Below are positions 47,887-56,834 of a stretch of DNA of 64,000 nt, piece by piece (the first letter of the stretch is position 1; each line of letters opens with the position of its first letter). The DNA lies in assembly GCA_027345195.1 (NCBI GenBank), contig DAHWIJ010000033.1:12860-76859 (forward strand), given 5' to 3'. Under the pieces are notes generated by a model that made no database searches, was not told the DNA's origin, and saw only the letters and a list, made by a program, of their open reading frames with translations. The translations under genes and the position numbers were made by a program. The DNA comes from Thermoplasmatales archaeon. Its GTDB lineage: Archaea; Thermoplasmatota; Thermoplasmata; Thermoplasmatales; GCA-001856825.

Positions 47887-49212
47887 TCAGAGTATCGGAA
47901 GCTGATTCTCTATCTCCCAGTCGGTCACATGAGACCTGAAATCGTCCCATTCCTTCTGCTTGATGTATATAAAATTGTTATATATGTGGTCGCCGAGGAT
48001 GGATTTCATGAATTCACTCTTCCTAAGATGGTGGAGCGCCTCTCCCAGGGATTCTGGAAGGGAACCTATTCCCATTGAGTCCCTCTGTTTCTGGGTAAGG
48101 TGGAATATGTCAAGTTCGGTGGGTTCCGGGCACTCCATCTTCTTTTCTATCCCGTCCAGCCCCGCTGCAAGTATAGTTGCAAACTGAAGGTAAGGGTTGC
48201 CCGCAGAATCTGCAGCCCTGAACTCGAACCTTTTCTTGATTTTATCCCCTGCTGGTATCCTTATCAGGGCTGATCTGTTCTTGGTCCCCCAAGCTATGTA
48301 GACGGGAGCCTCATACCCAGGAACGAGCCTTTTATAAGAGTTCACCCAGGAGGCGAATATTGATGATAGTTCCACCGCATGAGAGAGAACGCCAGCGAGA
48401 TAGTGATATGCCATTTCCGACAGCCCATTTTTGTCCTTCTCGTCCCAGAAATAATTGGTATCCTCCGTTGGTGTCATAAGGCTTTGATGTATATGCATCC
48501 CGGTGCCGTTTATGCCGTAGAAAGGCTTAGGCATAAACGTAGCATAGAGCCCGAACTTTGCGGCGACAGTTTTTATTGCGGTTCTCATTGTAATGATCCT
48601 GTCAGCCATAAACAGTGCAGGTGCGTATCTCAGGTCTATCTCGTGCTGTCCTGGTGAAACCTCGTGATGAGCAGCCTCCGGCATGTATCCCAGGAAATCC
48701 AGGTAGTTGAGAATCTCCTTTTTAACGATCTCACCCTTGTCAAGCGGGCCAAAGGTGAAGTATCCTCCAGTGTCATGCGGTACGAATTTTCCGTCCTTTT
48801 GCTCAAGAAGGAAGAATTCAAATTCTGGTCCTACGAAGAATTCCATATTCTTCTTTTCGATTCTTTCGAGCTGCCTTTGGAGAATGTACCTTGGATCGCC
48901 CATGAACGGAGTTCCGTCCGGCTTCATAATGGAACATACGAACCTAGCTGCCTTCCCTCCATCGACCGCCCATGGGAGAATTTCAAATGAAGAATAGTCT
49001 GGGAACGCCCTCATATCGCTCTCCTCTATTGTTGCGTACCCCAAGATTGAAGAGCCATCAAAAAGCACCCCCTCCTCGAGAATTTTTTCAAGCCTGTTCC
49101 TCGGGAGCATAACGGACTTTGGTGTCCCCCTGATGTCAGTAAATTGGAAGTAAAAATATTTCAGGTCCTTCTGGTCTGATATTTTGATGATCTCCTTCTC
49201 GTCATAGGCCAT
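47887..49212 (-). CDS. glnA: Glutamine synthetase type I
   Basis: 441 aa with HHEVSPGQHEIDLRY, the NGTGMHIHQS region and ...RIPAG... blocks. Confidence 0.95.
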   Translation of the reverse strand: MAYDEKEIIKISDQKDLKYFYFQFTDIRGTPKSVMLPRNRLEKILEEGVLFDGSSILGYATIEESDMRAFPDYSSFEILPWAVDGGKAARFVCSIMKPDGTPFMGDPRYILQRQLERIEKKNMEFFVGPEFEFFLLEQKDGKFVPHDTGGYFTFGPLDKGEIVKKEILNYLDFLGYMPEAAHHEVSPGQHEIDLRYAPALFMADRIITMRTAIKTVAAKFGLYATFMPKPFYGINGTGMHIHQSLMTPTEDTNYFWDEKDKNGLSEMAYHYLAGVLSHAVELSSIFASWVNSYKRLVPGYEAPVYIAWGTKNRSALIRIPAGDKIKKRFEFRAADSAGNPYLQFATILAAGLDGIEKKMECPEPTELDIFHLTQKQRDSMGIGSLPESLGEALHHLRKSEFMKSILGDHIYNNFIYIKQKEWDDFRSHVTDWEIENQLPIL

Positions 49213-49341
49213 GAAATGTCAATGCCTCCACGATTTAAGTTTTTTCTTAATCCGAGGAACGATCATCCTCCGGAAAACTGAAGAGATTTTATCAGTTGCA
49301 AACTCTTGATCAGCTTTTCTTTCACCAAGATTTAATTATCT

Positions 49342-50319
49342 TTGTGTAGATTTGAGAATGTGAAAGCAATAGTGATTAGACAGCCTGGAGGATTTGAAAA
49401 TACTAAAGTAGAAGACGTGGAAAAACCTAAGGGACCAATTACTGTACGGGTAACTTACGCGGGTTTGAATCCGGTGGACATAAACGTCGTACTGGGAAAG
49501 GTGAACTACACCATCTCGCCTTACCCGCACATCCCGGGAGCCGAATTCGTTGGGATAGTCGAGAGAGTACAGAATTCGAAGAAATTCAAGATTGGTGACA
49601 GGGTTGTTGTCTACCCGAGGGTATATGACCAAACATGCGACAGGTGCAGGGGTGGGATGGAAGAACTCTGCAGGAACGGAAGCGTCATGGGAGTTGGGTG
49701 CAATGGGGGGTTCTCAGAATACTTCGCCACTGATGAGGCCCATTTGGAACACATACCGGATTCAATGAGTTTTGAAGATGTGGTATCTCTTCCTGTAGGT
49801 GGATTAACCGCTTATCATGCTCTAAAGAGAGCGGGTCTGAAGCAGGGGGAAAAACTGCTGGTAGTAGGTGCCTCGGGTAACACTGGGACGTATGCTGTCG
49901 CATTAGGAAAGCTAATGGGAGCAGAGGTGTACTATTCCTCAAGGAAGAAGCTAGTCGAGGATTATGGTTCGGTTGAATGGAAGAATGAAAAGGTTGATGT
50001 GATAGTTAACTCCCTTGGGACAGAGGCATGGGAACCCTATGTTGATTTCCTTGACACGAGCGGAAGGGTGGTCACATTCGGAACCCTAACCGGAAAGGAA
50101 GTAAAGCTTAATATTGCTCACCTTTATACTGGAGAGAGATCTATCATCGGCTCGACAGCAGGGTCCCGCAGGGAGTTTAGCGAGCTGATAGAACTTGCTC
50201 ACAAAAATAACATTAAGAGCAGAGTATGGAAAACATTCAAACTAGAGGATTATAATACGGCCATAGGGGAATATGGAAAGCGGGAGGGAAGGATAGTTCT
50301 CAAGGTATCAGAGGGCTGA
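49342..50319 (+). CDS. Zinc-binding medium-chain dehydrogenase/reductase (alcohol dehydrogenase/quinone oxidoreductase-like)
   Basis: GAEFVGIVE, structural-zinc loop CDRCRGGMEELC, and Rossmann motif VVGASGNTGTYAV. Start is TTG 49342 or GTG 49360. Confidence 0.8.
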   Translation: MCRFENVKAIVIRQPGGFENTKVEDVEKPKGPITVRVTYAGLNPVDINVVLGKVNYTISPYPHIPGAEFVGIVERVQNSKKFKIGDRVVVYPRVYDQTCDRCRGGMEELCRNGSVMGVGCNGGFSEYFATDEAHLEHIPDSMSFEDVVSLPVGGLTAYHALKRAGLKQGEKLLVVGASGNTGTYAVALGKLMGAEVYYSSRKKLVEDYGSVEWKNEKVDVIVNSLGTEAWEPYVDFLDTSGRVVTFGTLTGKEVKLNIAHLYTGERSIIGSTAGSRREFSELIELAHKNNIKSRVWKTFKLEDYNTAIGEYGKREGRIVLKVSEG

Positions 50320-50467
50320 GTTCCTCACTCTCTCACCTCTCAGGTTACCACAACAGAAGTGGTATGACCTTTCAAGGACATGTCCTCGAGGGTGGGTAGT
50401 CCAAATCTGACCTAGAATCAATATCTGGCCGCACGATCCAAATAATAGGAGTGCTTGATATCAGGGG

Positions 50468-51073
50468 CTATATCACCATCTTTGCGTCTATGATGAGGTA
50501 ATCGTCCTCGTATAGAAATACAGGGTTGAAATCTACCTGTGAGAAATCCAAATTCTCAGCAAAATCTGAAACTTTGAGGAGCAAATCGACAAGTACCCTC
50601 CTATCAGACTTTAGCCCCCTATAACCATCAAGGAGGTTGCCATATTTCAGTTCTGTGATGACATCCTCTGCATCAAACCTATCTATGGGCACTCTTTTAA
50701 ACGTGACGTCCTTTATGAGTTCCGAGTAATATCCCCCCACACCGAACATTAGAAGCTTTCCGAACTGATTGTCATTAACAAGCCCTATTATCACTTCAAT
50801 TCCTTTTTTTGCCATCTCTTCCACATATAGGACCTCCCCTGGAAACTTGGATTTCATGATACCCAGCGTTACCTCCAGTTCCTCCATACTCTTTATATCA
50901 CTAACCACGGCCCCTATCTCGGTTTTGTGTGTTATGTTCGCTGAGCTCACCTTTAGGACTGCCGGGAACCTGCCTTCGTAATCTCGCGGTTCCAGAACAA
51001 CAGATCGTCTTGGTTGCTTGAAATTCAGTTTGTCAAGCATCTCTTTGAACTCAAGTTCAGGGACAACAGTCAC
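50468..51073 (-). CDS. acdB: Acetate--CoA ligase (ADP-forming), beta (ATP-grasp) subunit
   Basis: 201-aa ATP-grasp_5-like with VLKVSSANITHKTEIGAV and ...DFNPVFL. Overlaps the alpha subunit stop by 4 nt. Confidence 0.75.
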   Translation of the reverse strand: MTVVPELEFKEMLDKLNFKQPRRSVVLEPRDYEGRFPAVLKVSSANITHKTEIGAVVSDIKSMEELEVTLGIMKSKFPGEVLYVEEMAKKGIEVIIGLVNDNQFGKLLMFGVGGYYSELIKDVTFKRVPIDRFDAEDVITELKYGNLLDGYRGLKSDRRVLVDLLLKVSDFAENLDFSQVDFNPVFLYEDDYLIIDAKMVI

Positions 51074-52449
51074 CTTTCAAACCTCCTCAGGTATACCCCC
51101 CGTTCCCGGAGGGCAGAGAGAGCCGTAACTGCCCTAGATATAGATGGGTAGGCAGCTACTCCTCTAGAGGCAATCTTTCTTAGTGCGTCTCTTGAGTACA
51201 AACCTCCTATCACACCAACCACTATCGGTATCTTACCAACAGTGTTGAACTTGGCAAGGTATGAAATTATCTCTTCAGTTACCCCGTAAGTCTGGAAGAG
51301 GACGAATGCAAGGATTGCATCATACTCCCCTGACCTTTCAAGTTCTTCAATTACTCCTTCGTACTGGAGGTTCGTTGCCTCAGCCGTCATGTCAATTGGA
51401 TTGTACGGCGATCCAATGCTTGAGATTTTACTTCCTAATCTAGAAGATAAGGAGTCAGAGGGCCTATTTACTATGAACCCGTTCTTTTCCAGAAGGTCTG
51501 TTGCTATAACGCCCACCCCTCCGGCAGAAGATACTACTGCTATCCTCTTCCCTTTCAGGGGTTTGGAAAAAGAGAGGGCGGACGCGATGTCAATCAGTTC
51601 AGTCTCATCATTGGCCAAAATTATTCCGCTCTGCCTGAATATTCCTCTTAGGGAGAAGCTTGTCCTCAGTAATGAACCCGTGTGTAAGGAAGTGGCTCGA
51701 ATTCCTGCCTCAGTCTGCCCGCCCTTCAGAACCACTATACCTTTTTTTGTTGAAATTCTCTTACTCTCGCTGAGAAAACTGTCAACCTCTTCGATCTTTT
51801 CCAGATACAACGCGATAGATTTTGTCCTGTCGTCATTACCTAAGACCGAAAGCATTTCAGTTTCGTCCACATCTATTTCATTCCCCAGAGAAATGAAGGA
51901 GGAGAAGCCGATCCCTGCATCTGAAAATTTATCCATGGTTAGCAGGCCAAGCGCTCCGCTCTGCGAGATAAAGCCTATTCCCCCATCAGAAGGAAACTGG
52001 CTCTTACCCTCGGTGGTGAGTGCGGTGTTAAGCCCAATCCTTGGTATGATAACTCCAACGCAGTTAGGTCCTATTATCCTCGTTCCGTGCTTGGATGCCT
52101 CTTTCATCATCTTGATCTCTAGGAGTTTTCCCTCCCTTCCCTGTTCACCAAACCCACCTGCAACGGGTATGCAAATTTTACAGCCTCTTGTTGCAAGGGA
52201 CCTGACCGCCTCAACAGCCTTTTCTGCAGGAAGAGAAACTACCCCGAGATCAACAGGATGCGGTATCAATTCTACGCTTCTGTAACACTTTATCCCCTCT
52301 ATCTCCTCTGCATACGGGTGAACCAGGAAGATTTCCCCCTTGAATGCTTTCATTATGTTCTTAAGAACAGTATTCCCTACCTTCCCTTCCTCTCTCGACG
52401 CGCCTATAAGACAAACGGATTTAATTGAGAATATATCGGTTAGACTCAT
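51070..52449 (-). CDS. acdA: Acetate--CoA ligase (ADP-forming), alpha subunit
   Basis: CoA-binding N-terminus IKSVCLIGASREEGKVGNTVLKNI, and succinyl-CoA-synthetase-like domains with GPNCVG and SQSGALG. Confidence 0.85.
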   Translation of the reverse strand: MSLTDIFSIKSVCLIGASREEGKVGNTVLKNIMKAFKGEIFLVHPYAEEIEGIKCYRSVELIPHPVDLGVVSLPAEKAVEAVRSLATRGCKICIPVAGGFGEQGREGKLLEIKMMKEASKHGTRIIGPNCVGVIIPRIGLNTALTTEGKSQFPSDGGIGFISQSGALGLLTMDKFSDAGIGFSSFISLGNEIDVDETEMLSVLGNDDRTKSIALYLEKIEEVDSFLSESKRISTKKGIVVLKGGQTEAGIRATSLHTGSLLRTSFSLRGIFRQSGIILANDETELIDIASALSFSKPLKGKRIAVVSSAGGVGVIATDLLEKNGFIVNRPSDSLSSRLGSKISSIGSPYNPIDMTAEATNLQYEGVIEELERSGEYDAILAFVLFQTYGVTEEIISYLAKFNTVGKIPIVVGVIGGLYSRDALRKIASRGVAAYPSISRAVTALSALRERGVYLRRFER

Positions 52450-52730
52450 AGTTTAGAAATCAACTTCTTTCTTTCCTTGGCTGAGTATCCTGTAACATCT
52501 TCCAGGAATTGGTTGTATAATTTCACTATCTTCTCCTGGTCTTCCCCCGGGGATGTCTTAGTCTCCACGGATATCTCCTTCCTCCCCGTGACCTCGGCTG
52601 TGAGTTCAAAGGATTTGGAATATGAGGAAACATATCTCCCATTTTCCTTAACAACTTTTCCAAAAAATTCCTTCATCTTTGACTCAAGCTGCTGTTCTGT
52701 GACCTCTTTTTTGCAGGGATATTTTCGCAT
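52446..52730 (-). CDS. Small conserved-looking hypothetical protein (94 aa) translationally coupled to acdA
   Basis: Clean ORF with no TM. Its stop overlaps the acdA start (ATGA). No family assigned with confidence. Confidence 0.5.
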   Translation of the reverse strand: MRKYPCKKEVTEQQLESKMKEFFGKVVKENGRYVSSYSKSFELTAEVTGRKEISVETKTSPGEDQEKIVKLYNQFLEDVTGYSAKERKKLISKL

Positions 52731-53184
52731 CTTACCTGAATGCCTTGAGTTATTAAATTATGACGGGTACGTGGGGAACCATTTGGCGGTAATTTGGATG
52801 TTGACGGAGCCTTGTATAAAAGGTTAGATATTCGAATCAGTATTTGCAGTATTCGGACCTTCAAATACCCTTTCTAATTATTGCATGATGATGAGAAGAA
52901 TGGTCAAAGGGAGAATATGTCCAGTTCATTATTCGAACAGAACAAATGACCATCTTACGTTAGAGTAGACGTCAACGTGACCAGTTACGTCAATCGGACA
53001 ATAGAGGAGAGTGACAAAGGAGAGGTAGAGTCACGACGGGATGCCGAGCAGGCTGATAAAAAAATAAACTTCCACTAATAGGGGATTGTGAGGTAACAGA
53101 ACCGTGAAACCATCGTGTTATCCTATTATATATGACCACAGGCCTATTCCCCCTTGTATTTTTCTTCAGAAAATATAGATAAAA

Positions 53185-53844
53185 TTAGTAGATGTAGAAT
53201 GTCCCAGTCATCCACCCCGGAGTGACCATAGAGCCTCCCCACCCCGAAGGGCCAGTACCGCAGGGAGCCATACACTGCCAAATGTACGAGCCGGTAGAAT
53301 TAGCGTAAAACTTTGCAATTTCTGTGAATCCACCCTCAACGGGTATATTGAGTCCTATCTGAGCTACGGTTATGGTGTGTGCAATGTTCCCTGCTGGAAT
53401 CGAGGAAACATTTGCTCCCCAGTTTCCCATCATCTGCATAGAGGAGGAGTTTCCCATCATCCCTGTGGCCGAAGTACCATTTATGAGGGTTATGACATTT
53501 CCAACTGTGCCCGTAACATTAGAATACATAGCAGGAGTACCTGCAGTAGGCGTATCATAGGAAATCACGGTAAGCACAATTAGAGTGTGCGAAGGTAGAG
53601 ATATATTTATTGCAGGGAGGAGGTATCCATTACTTACAATGAAGAACCTAGGTTGCATCGTGTTGTTCATGGAATTGTTCATCGTTTCAAGAAGTGTAAT
53701 GTAATAGACACCTCCTTCTGTTCCGTTACCGTGTGGTGAAGATGAAATTTCGCTTACGCTCTTGTAGTATGCAGCACCTACGCTTACGCCACCGATTATT
53801 ACTATGACCACTATCAGTGCGTAGAAAGTCTTTTCAGACATCAT
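53185..53844 (-). CDS. Membrane-anchored extracytoplasmic cupredoxin-domain protein with a COX2/CuA-like but degenerate metal motif
   Basis: Single N-terminal TM. C-terminal IAH-x34-CMAPCG reproduces the CuA spacing H-x34-C-x3-C-G, but the following H-x2-M is absent. Met-rich loop GMMGNSSSMQMMGNWG. Carries 9 N-x-S/T sequons. Start taken as the MMSEK Met pair (53844); the track ORF extends to 53886. Confidence 0.55.
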   Translation of the reverse strand: MMSEKTFYALIVVIVIIGGVSVGAAYYKSVSEISSSPHGNGTEGGVYYITLLETMNNSMNNTMQPRFFIVSNGYLLPAINISLPSHTLIVLTVISYDTPTAGTPAMYSNVTGTVGNVITLINGTSATGMMGNSSSMQMMGNWGANVSSIPAGNIAHTITVAQIGLNIPVEGGFTEIAKFYANSTGSYIWQCMAPCGTGPSGWGGSMVTPGWMTGTFYIY

Positions 53845-54211
53845 CAACTTCTTTATACATCCCAAAATAATAAGAATTACTAACAAACGAAGGGTGGTCT
53901 AATATTTGGTGTGGATATTCGAAAAAACTCCCTTGTGTACCCCCTAGCTGAGTTTCTCTTCCGGGTAAATATTAAAAGGTCATAATCTAGACCCCACAGT
54001 CACGCTATAAATGTTTTCTACTAATTAAGCAAGTGAAGTAATCCTTTGAATACCGACCTCTGAAAATAGCAGATAGGAGCGACTCCAGTAGGTTGGTCGG
54101 AGTCCAACCTATAAATGTGTCCCTAGCCTTTATCGGTAAACATTACATTACCCCCCAGGAAACCTGAAATTTATATAGAAGAACGAGTTACCGTTTTAGG
54201 GTGAAAATCAG

Positions 54212-55870
54212 ATGTTGTCAGGACAAATCCCTATTCTAGTATTAAAAGAGGGTTCAACTCGAGAATCCGGAAAAGATGCTCAAAGAAATAATATTGAAGC
54301 CGCAAAGGCGATTGCAGATACGGTAAAATCAGCGCTTGGTCCAAAAGGTATGGACAAGATGCTGGTCGATTCCTTGGGGGATATCACAATTTCAAACGAT
54401 GGTGCCACCATAATGAAGCAGATGGATGTCGACCATCCCACAGCGAAGATGATCATCGAGATAGCGAAGGGCCAGGATCAAGAGGTCGGAGATGGCACAA
54501 CTACCGCTGTAGTAATAGCCGGAGAGCTGCTAAAGCAGGCAGAACTTCTCTTAGACCAGAATGTCCATCCTACGGTCATAGCGAATGGATACAAACTGGC
54601 ATCAAACAAGGCTCTAGAAATTCTGTCAAACATCTCTGAGAAGAAGGTCAGCGACGAGGTTCTGAAGAACATTGCCATGACTGCAATGACAGGGAAGAAC
54701 GTAGGTGGCGTCACGGACTTTTTAGCTAAGATGGCAGTAAAGGCCGTAAAAAGCATTGTAGAGGAAAGGGATGGGAAGAAAGTAGTGGATGTCGACAATA
54801 TTCTCGTTCAGAAGAAGATTGGAGGAGGAATCACCGATTCTGAGCTCATTGAGGGGGTTGTGATTGACAAGGAAAAGGTTCACCCTAGAATGCCGACCGA
54901 GGTAAAGAATTCCAAAATAGCACTGATAGATTCTGGATTAGAAATCAAGAAGACGGAGATCGATGCCAAAGTTCAGATAACTGACCCAACAAAAATACAA
55001 GCATTCCTTGAGCAGGAGGAGGATACGCTCAGGGGAATGGTGGAGAAGGTTAAGAAATCAGGAGCCAATGTCCTCATGAGCCAGAAGGGAATTGACGATC
55101 TCGCACAGCACTTCCTCGCAAAGGAGGGAATATACGCAGTCAGGAGGGTGAAGAAGAGCGACATGGAAAAGATAGCCAAGGCGACAGGAGCAAAGATCAT
55201 AACAAACCTGGACGATCTCACGTCAAAGGATTTAGGAACAGCGGAAAAGACGGAAGAGAGAAAGATCGGCGATGACAGGCTTACATTCATAACTGGCTGC
55301 AAGTATCCAAAGTCAGTTTCAATACTAATCAGGGGAGGAACGCAGCACACAATTGACGAAGTCGAGAGGGCTCTGCACGATGCACTCAAAGTGGTGGGAG
55401 TCGCAATAGAAGACCAGTCCTTCGTAACTGGTGGTGGGGCAATCGAAGCAGAACTGGCCTACCAGCTCAAGAAGTATGCACCTACCGTCGGAGGGAGGGA
55501 ACAACTTGCCATTGAGACGTTTGCAAATGCGCTAGAGGTTGTACCCAGAACTCTCGCAGAAAACGCTGGGATGGACCCGATAGATTCCCTCTTGAAGCTC
55601 CGATCCGAGCACCAGACAGGGAACAAGAATGTGGGAATCGATGCTCTAGACGGTTCTGTGGGGGACCTCTTCAAGAAGAATGTCGTAGAACCCGTGAGGG
55701 TGAAATCCCACGCAATAGAGAGCGCGACGGAAGTAGCTACGATGATACTCAGGATTGACGATGTAATCTCCTCCAAGAAATCGGGAGCCGGAGGGGAGGG
55801 CAAGCAGGGCGGAGGAATGCCCCCAGGAATGGGCGGCCCAGAGGGTATGGGCGGAATGCCCCCTATGTAA
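54212..55870 (+). CDS. ths: Thermosome subunit (group II chaperonin)
   Basis: [21 protein letters not shown], the helical-protrusion region and a C-terminal [19 protein letters not shown] tail. Clearly similar to, but not identical with, Thermoplasma acidophilum thermosome as I recall it. Confidence 0.97.
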   Translation: MLSGQIPILVLKEGSTRESGKDAQRNNIEAAKAIADTVKSALGPKGMDKMLVDSLGDITISNDGATIMKQMDVDHPTAKMIIEIAKGQDQEVGDGTTTAVVIAGELLKQAELLLDQNVHPTVIANGYKLASNKALEILSNISEKKVSDEVLKNIAMTAMTGKNVGGVTDFLAKMAVKAVKSIVEERDGKKVVDVDNILVQKKIGGGITDSELIEGVVIDKEKVHPRMPTEVKNSKIALIDSGLEIKKTEIDAKVQITDPTKIQAFLEQEEDTLRGMVEKVKKSGANVLMSQKGIDDLAQHFLAKEGIYAVRRVKKSDMEKIAKATGAKIITNLDDLTSKDLGTAEKTEERKIGDDRLTFITGCKYPKSVSILIRGGTQHTIDEVERALHDALKVVGVAIEDQSFVTGGGAIEAELAYQLKKYAPTVGGREQLAIETFANALEVVPRTLAENAGMDPIDSLLKLRSEHQTGNKNVGIDALDGSVGDLFKKNVVEPVRVKSHAIESATEVATMILRIDDVISSKKSGAGGEGKQGGGMPPGMGGPEGMGGMPPM

Positions 55871-55883
55871 AGGGGGATTCCTC

Positions 55884-56834
55884 TTGGAACTCGTACTTGG
55901 TGAAGAAAAGCAGGAAATTGAGAAGAGGGACTTTGACCTTGTGATCATAGGAGCGGGAGCTGCAGGTCTCTCGGCTGCGGTCTACGCAACAAGAGCCGGA
56001 CTCTCCAACGTAGTGATTGACGGTTCTACCGCCGGAGGGCTGACTCTTGAGGCCCCTCTGGTTGAGAACTACCTCGGATTCACTGAAATCCCTGGCACAG
56101 ACCTGGCGAAGGAATTCATAGAGCATGCAAGGAACTATACTAAGATAATAGACAACAACAGGGTAATCTCGATCAAGAAAGGGGATGGATTCACTCTTGA
56201 AACAGAAAAGGGTGAGTTCCATACAAAGGCAATTCTATTCGCCACCGGAACAAAGCACAAGCATCTGGGTATCCCGGGCGAGACTGAGTATTTCGGGAAG
56301 GGGGTCAGCTACTGCAGTACGTGTGACGGCTGGCTATTCAAGAACAAGAAAGTTCTGGTAATAGGCGGAGGCAACTCCGGGGCAATAGCCGCAATTTCTA
56401 TGAAGAAGATTGTAAAGGACGTTAAGATATTCGAATTCATGCCGAAGTACATGTGTGAGGATGCCTACGTCAAGCAGATCAATTCGATGGGAATAGAATA
56501 CAGACGGAACGTTCAGGTTACAGAGATAAAAGGGGACGGGAAGCTGGTGAAGAGCGTCAAATTCAAGGACAGGGCGACTGGGAAGGAAATGGAGGAAGAA
56601 TTTGACGGAGTATTCATTTACGTTGGACTTGCCCCGCAGTCAGAACTGGCGAAATCGATAGGGGTGGAACTGACGGACAGGGGGTATATAAAGGTCGATA
56701 GGAGCTGCAGAACTAATGTGGAGAGAGTCTACGCTGCAGGTGATGTAGCAGGGTCATTCGCTCAGATAGTGGTTGCAGCTTCAGATGGGGCTATAGCGGC
56801 AGATTCTTGTTACAGGGATTTATATCTTAAATAA
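55884..56834 (+). CDS. trxB: Thioredoxin-disulfide reductase
   Basis: FAD motif DLVIIGAGAAGLSAA, redox CSTCDG, NAD(P) motif VIGGGNSG. TTG start 8 nt after SD-like AGGGGG and 13 nt after the ths stop. Confidence 0.9.
   Translation: MELVLGEEKQEIEKRDFDLVIIGAGAAGLSAAVYATRAGLSNVVIDGSTAGGLTLEAPLVENYLGFTEIPGTDLAKEFIEHARNYTKIIDNNRVISIKKGDGFTLETEKGEFHTKAILFATGTKHKHLGIPGETEYFGKGVSYCSTCDGWLFKNKKVLVIGGGNSGAIAAISMKKIVKDVKIFEFMPKYMCEDAYVKQINSMGIEYRRNVQVTEIKGDGKLVKSVKFKDRATGKEMEEEFDGVFIYVGLAPQSELAKSIGVELTDRGYIKVDRSCRTNVERVYAAGDVAGSFAQIVVAASDGAIAADSCYRDLYLK

Noticed and set aside
51389-52285. Long antisense ORFs opposite real genes: this 298-aa ORF opposite acdA, 40453-41196 opposite fbp, 42650-43291 opposite pheS, and 10556-11083 opposite pncB.
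   Set aside because: Each is fully nested antisense to a gene with unmistakable family motifs. Their translations are Ser/Pro/Leu-rich with no recognisable motifs, as expected from stop-codon depletion opposite strongly biased coding frames.
52884-52960. C-box-like ATGATGA in the 450-nt spacer between the ACD operon and the cupredoxin gene, and a GTGATGA at 44204, considered as possible C/D-box sRNAs.
   Set aside because: No D box (CTGA) or C'/D' pair occurs at the 50-70 nt spacing required, and there are no terminal complementary stems. The 44204 hit is simply the pstB remnant stop region.
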